NCBI GenBank assembly: GCA_965225945.1
Contig: CBDDBZ010000033.1
Location: 128,001-192,000, forward strand
Source of the DNA: Alphaproteobacteria bacterium
GTDB taxonomy: Bacteria > Pseudomonadota > Alphaproteobacteria > GCA-2731375
Length of the DNA stretch: 64,000 bases
Direction: 5' to 3'
Shown here: positions 63,449 through 64,000 of the stretch, piece by piece
Layout of the letters: every line of letters begins with the position of its first letter
Numbering within the stretch: position 1 is the first letter of the stretch
The notes under the pieces: model-generated
What the model saw: only the letters and a program-made list of their open reading frames with translations
Database searches by the model: none
Told to the model about the DNA's origin: nothing
Position numbers and translations under genes: made by a program

Positions 63449-64000
63449 CTAGTGTTCCGATCCTAACAAAAGTTTCCCAAAGGGCTTGCGTTCTGCGATT
63501 CTGGGGGAATGACGAAGACATTGGCATGCATCTGGCTGTCTCCCGCGGAGCGGGCGACGCTGGAAGGGTTGGTTTCTGGGCGGAACACGCCGCAGAAGCT
63601 GGTTTGGCGGGCACGGATCGTGTTGCTGTCGGCTGACGGGATCGGCACGATGACGATCGTCCGGTTGGTCGGCAAAAGTAAGGTGACGGTGTGGCGCTGG
63701 CAGGAGCGCTACCTTGCCAAAGGCATCGCCGGACTGCGCCGCGATGCGACGCGACCGGGACGCAAGCCGCCGCTGAGCGCCGAGGTGATCGAGCGGGTTG
63801 TGCATAAGACCTTGCACGAGACGCCGGAGGCGGCGACGCATTGGAGCATCCGCAAGATGGCCCGTGCCGTCGGCCTCAGCTACACCAGCGTGCAGCGGAT
63901 CTGGAAGGCGCACGGCCTCAAGCCGCACCTGGTGAAGACCTTCAAGCTGTCGAATGACGAACACTTCGTCGAGAAGGTGCGCGATATCGTCGGTCTCTAT
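63449..64000 (+). mobile_element. IS630-family element; transposase starts at 63509 and runs off the window
   Basis: Begins at CTAG; WRARIVLL, VWRWQERY, RPGRKP, THWSIR, LKPHLVKTFKLS. Confidence 0.93.

Noticed and set aside
1-64000. tRNA, rRNA, CRISPR-Cas, retron or prophage structural genes
   Set aside because: None recognised by eye; a covariance-model scan was not possible

Overview
High-GC alphaproteobacterial chromosome segment, probably Rhodospirillales-like (inferred from the motE-fliM-fliL / flgFGAH layout and an hpnA-like gene). It carries a peptide ABC transporter, flavin monooxygenases, soxBDAG, hydantoinase A/B, threonine aldolase, a D-aminoacylase and flagellar genes. The region is eroding: there are IS3, IS4, IS21, IS256, IS630 and IS110 elements or relics, nested insertions, adjacent deletions and many frameshifts. 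The most striking structure is a transposase-less 755-bp cassette present three times (31590-32344, 61816-62570, and truncated at 20494-21031). It has 43-bp perfect terminal inverted repeats containing an NrdR-box-like palindrome, makes 8-bp target duplications, carries a 102-aa LRV-repeat passenger ORF, and disrupts a gene at every site. Features the ORF track misses include a UGA-recoded peroxiredoxin-like selenoprotein, two independently deleted miniature RAYT elements, a CTAG-flanked MITE, an IS3-type element with a 14-bp target duplication, and a decayed module encoding an exported Sel1-caspase, autotransporters and IalB. All calls come from motif recognition by eye; no database search was run.
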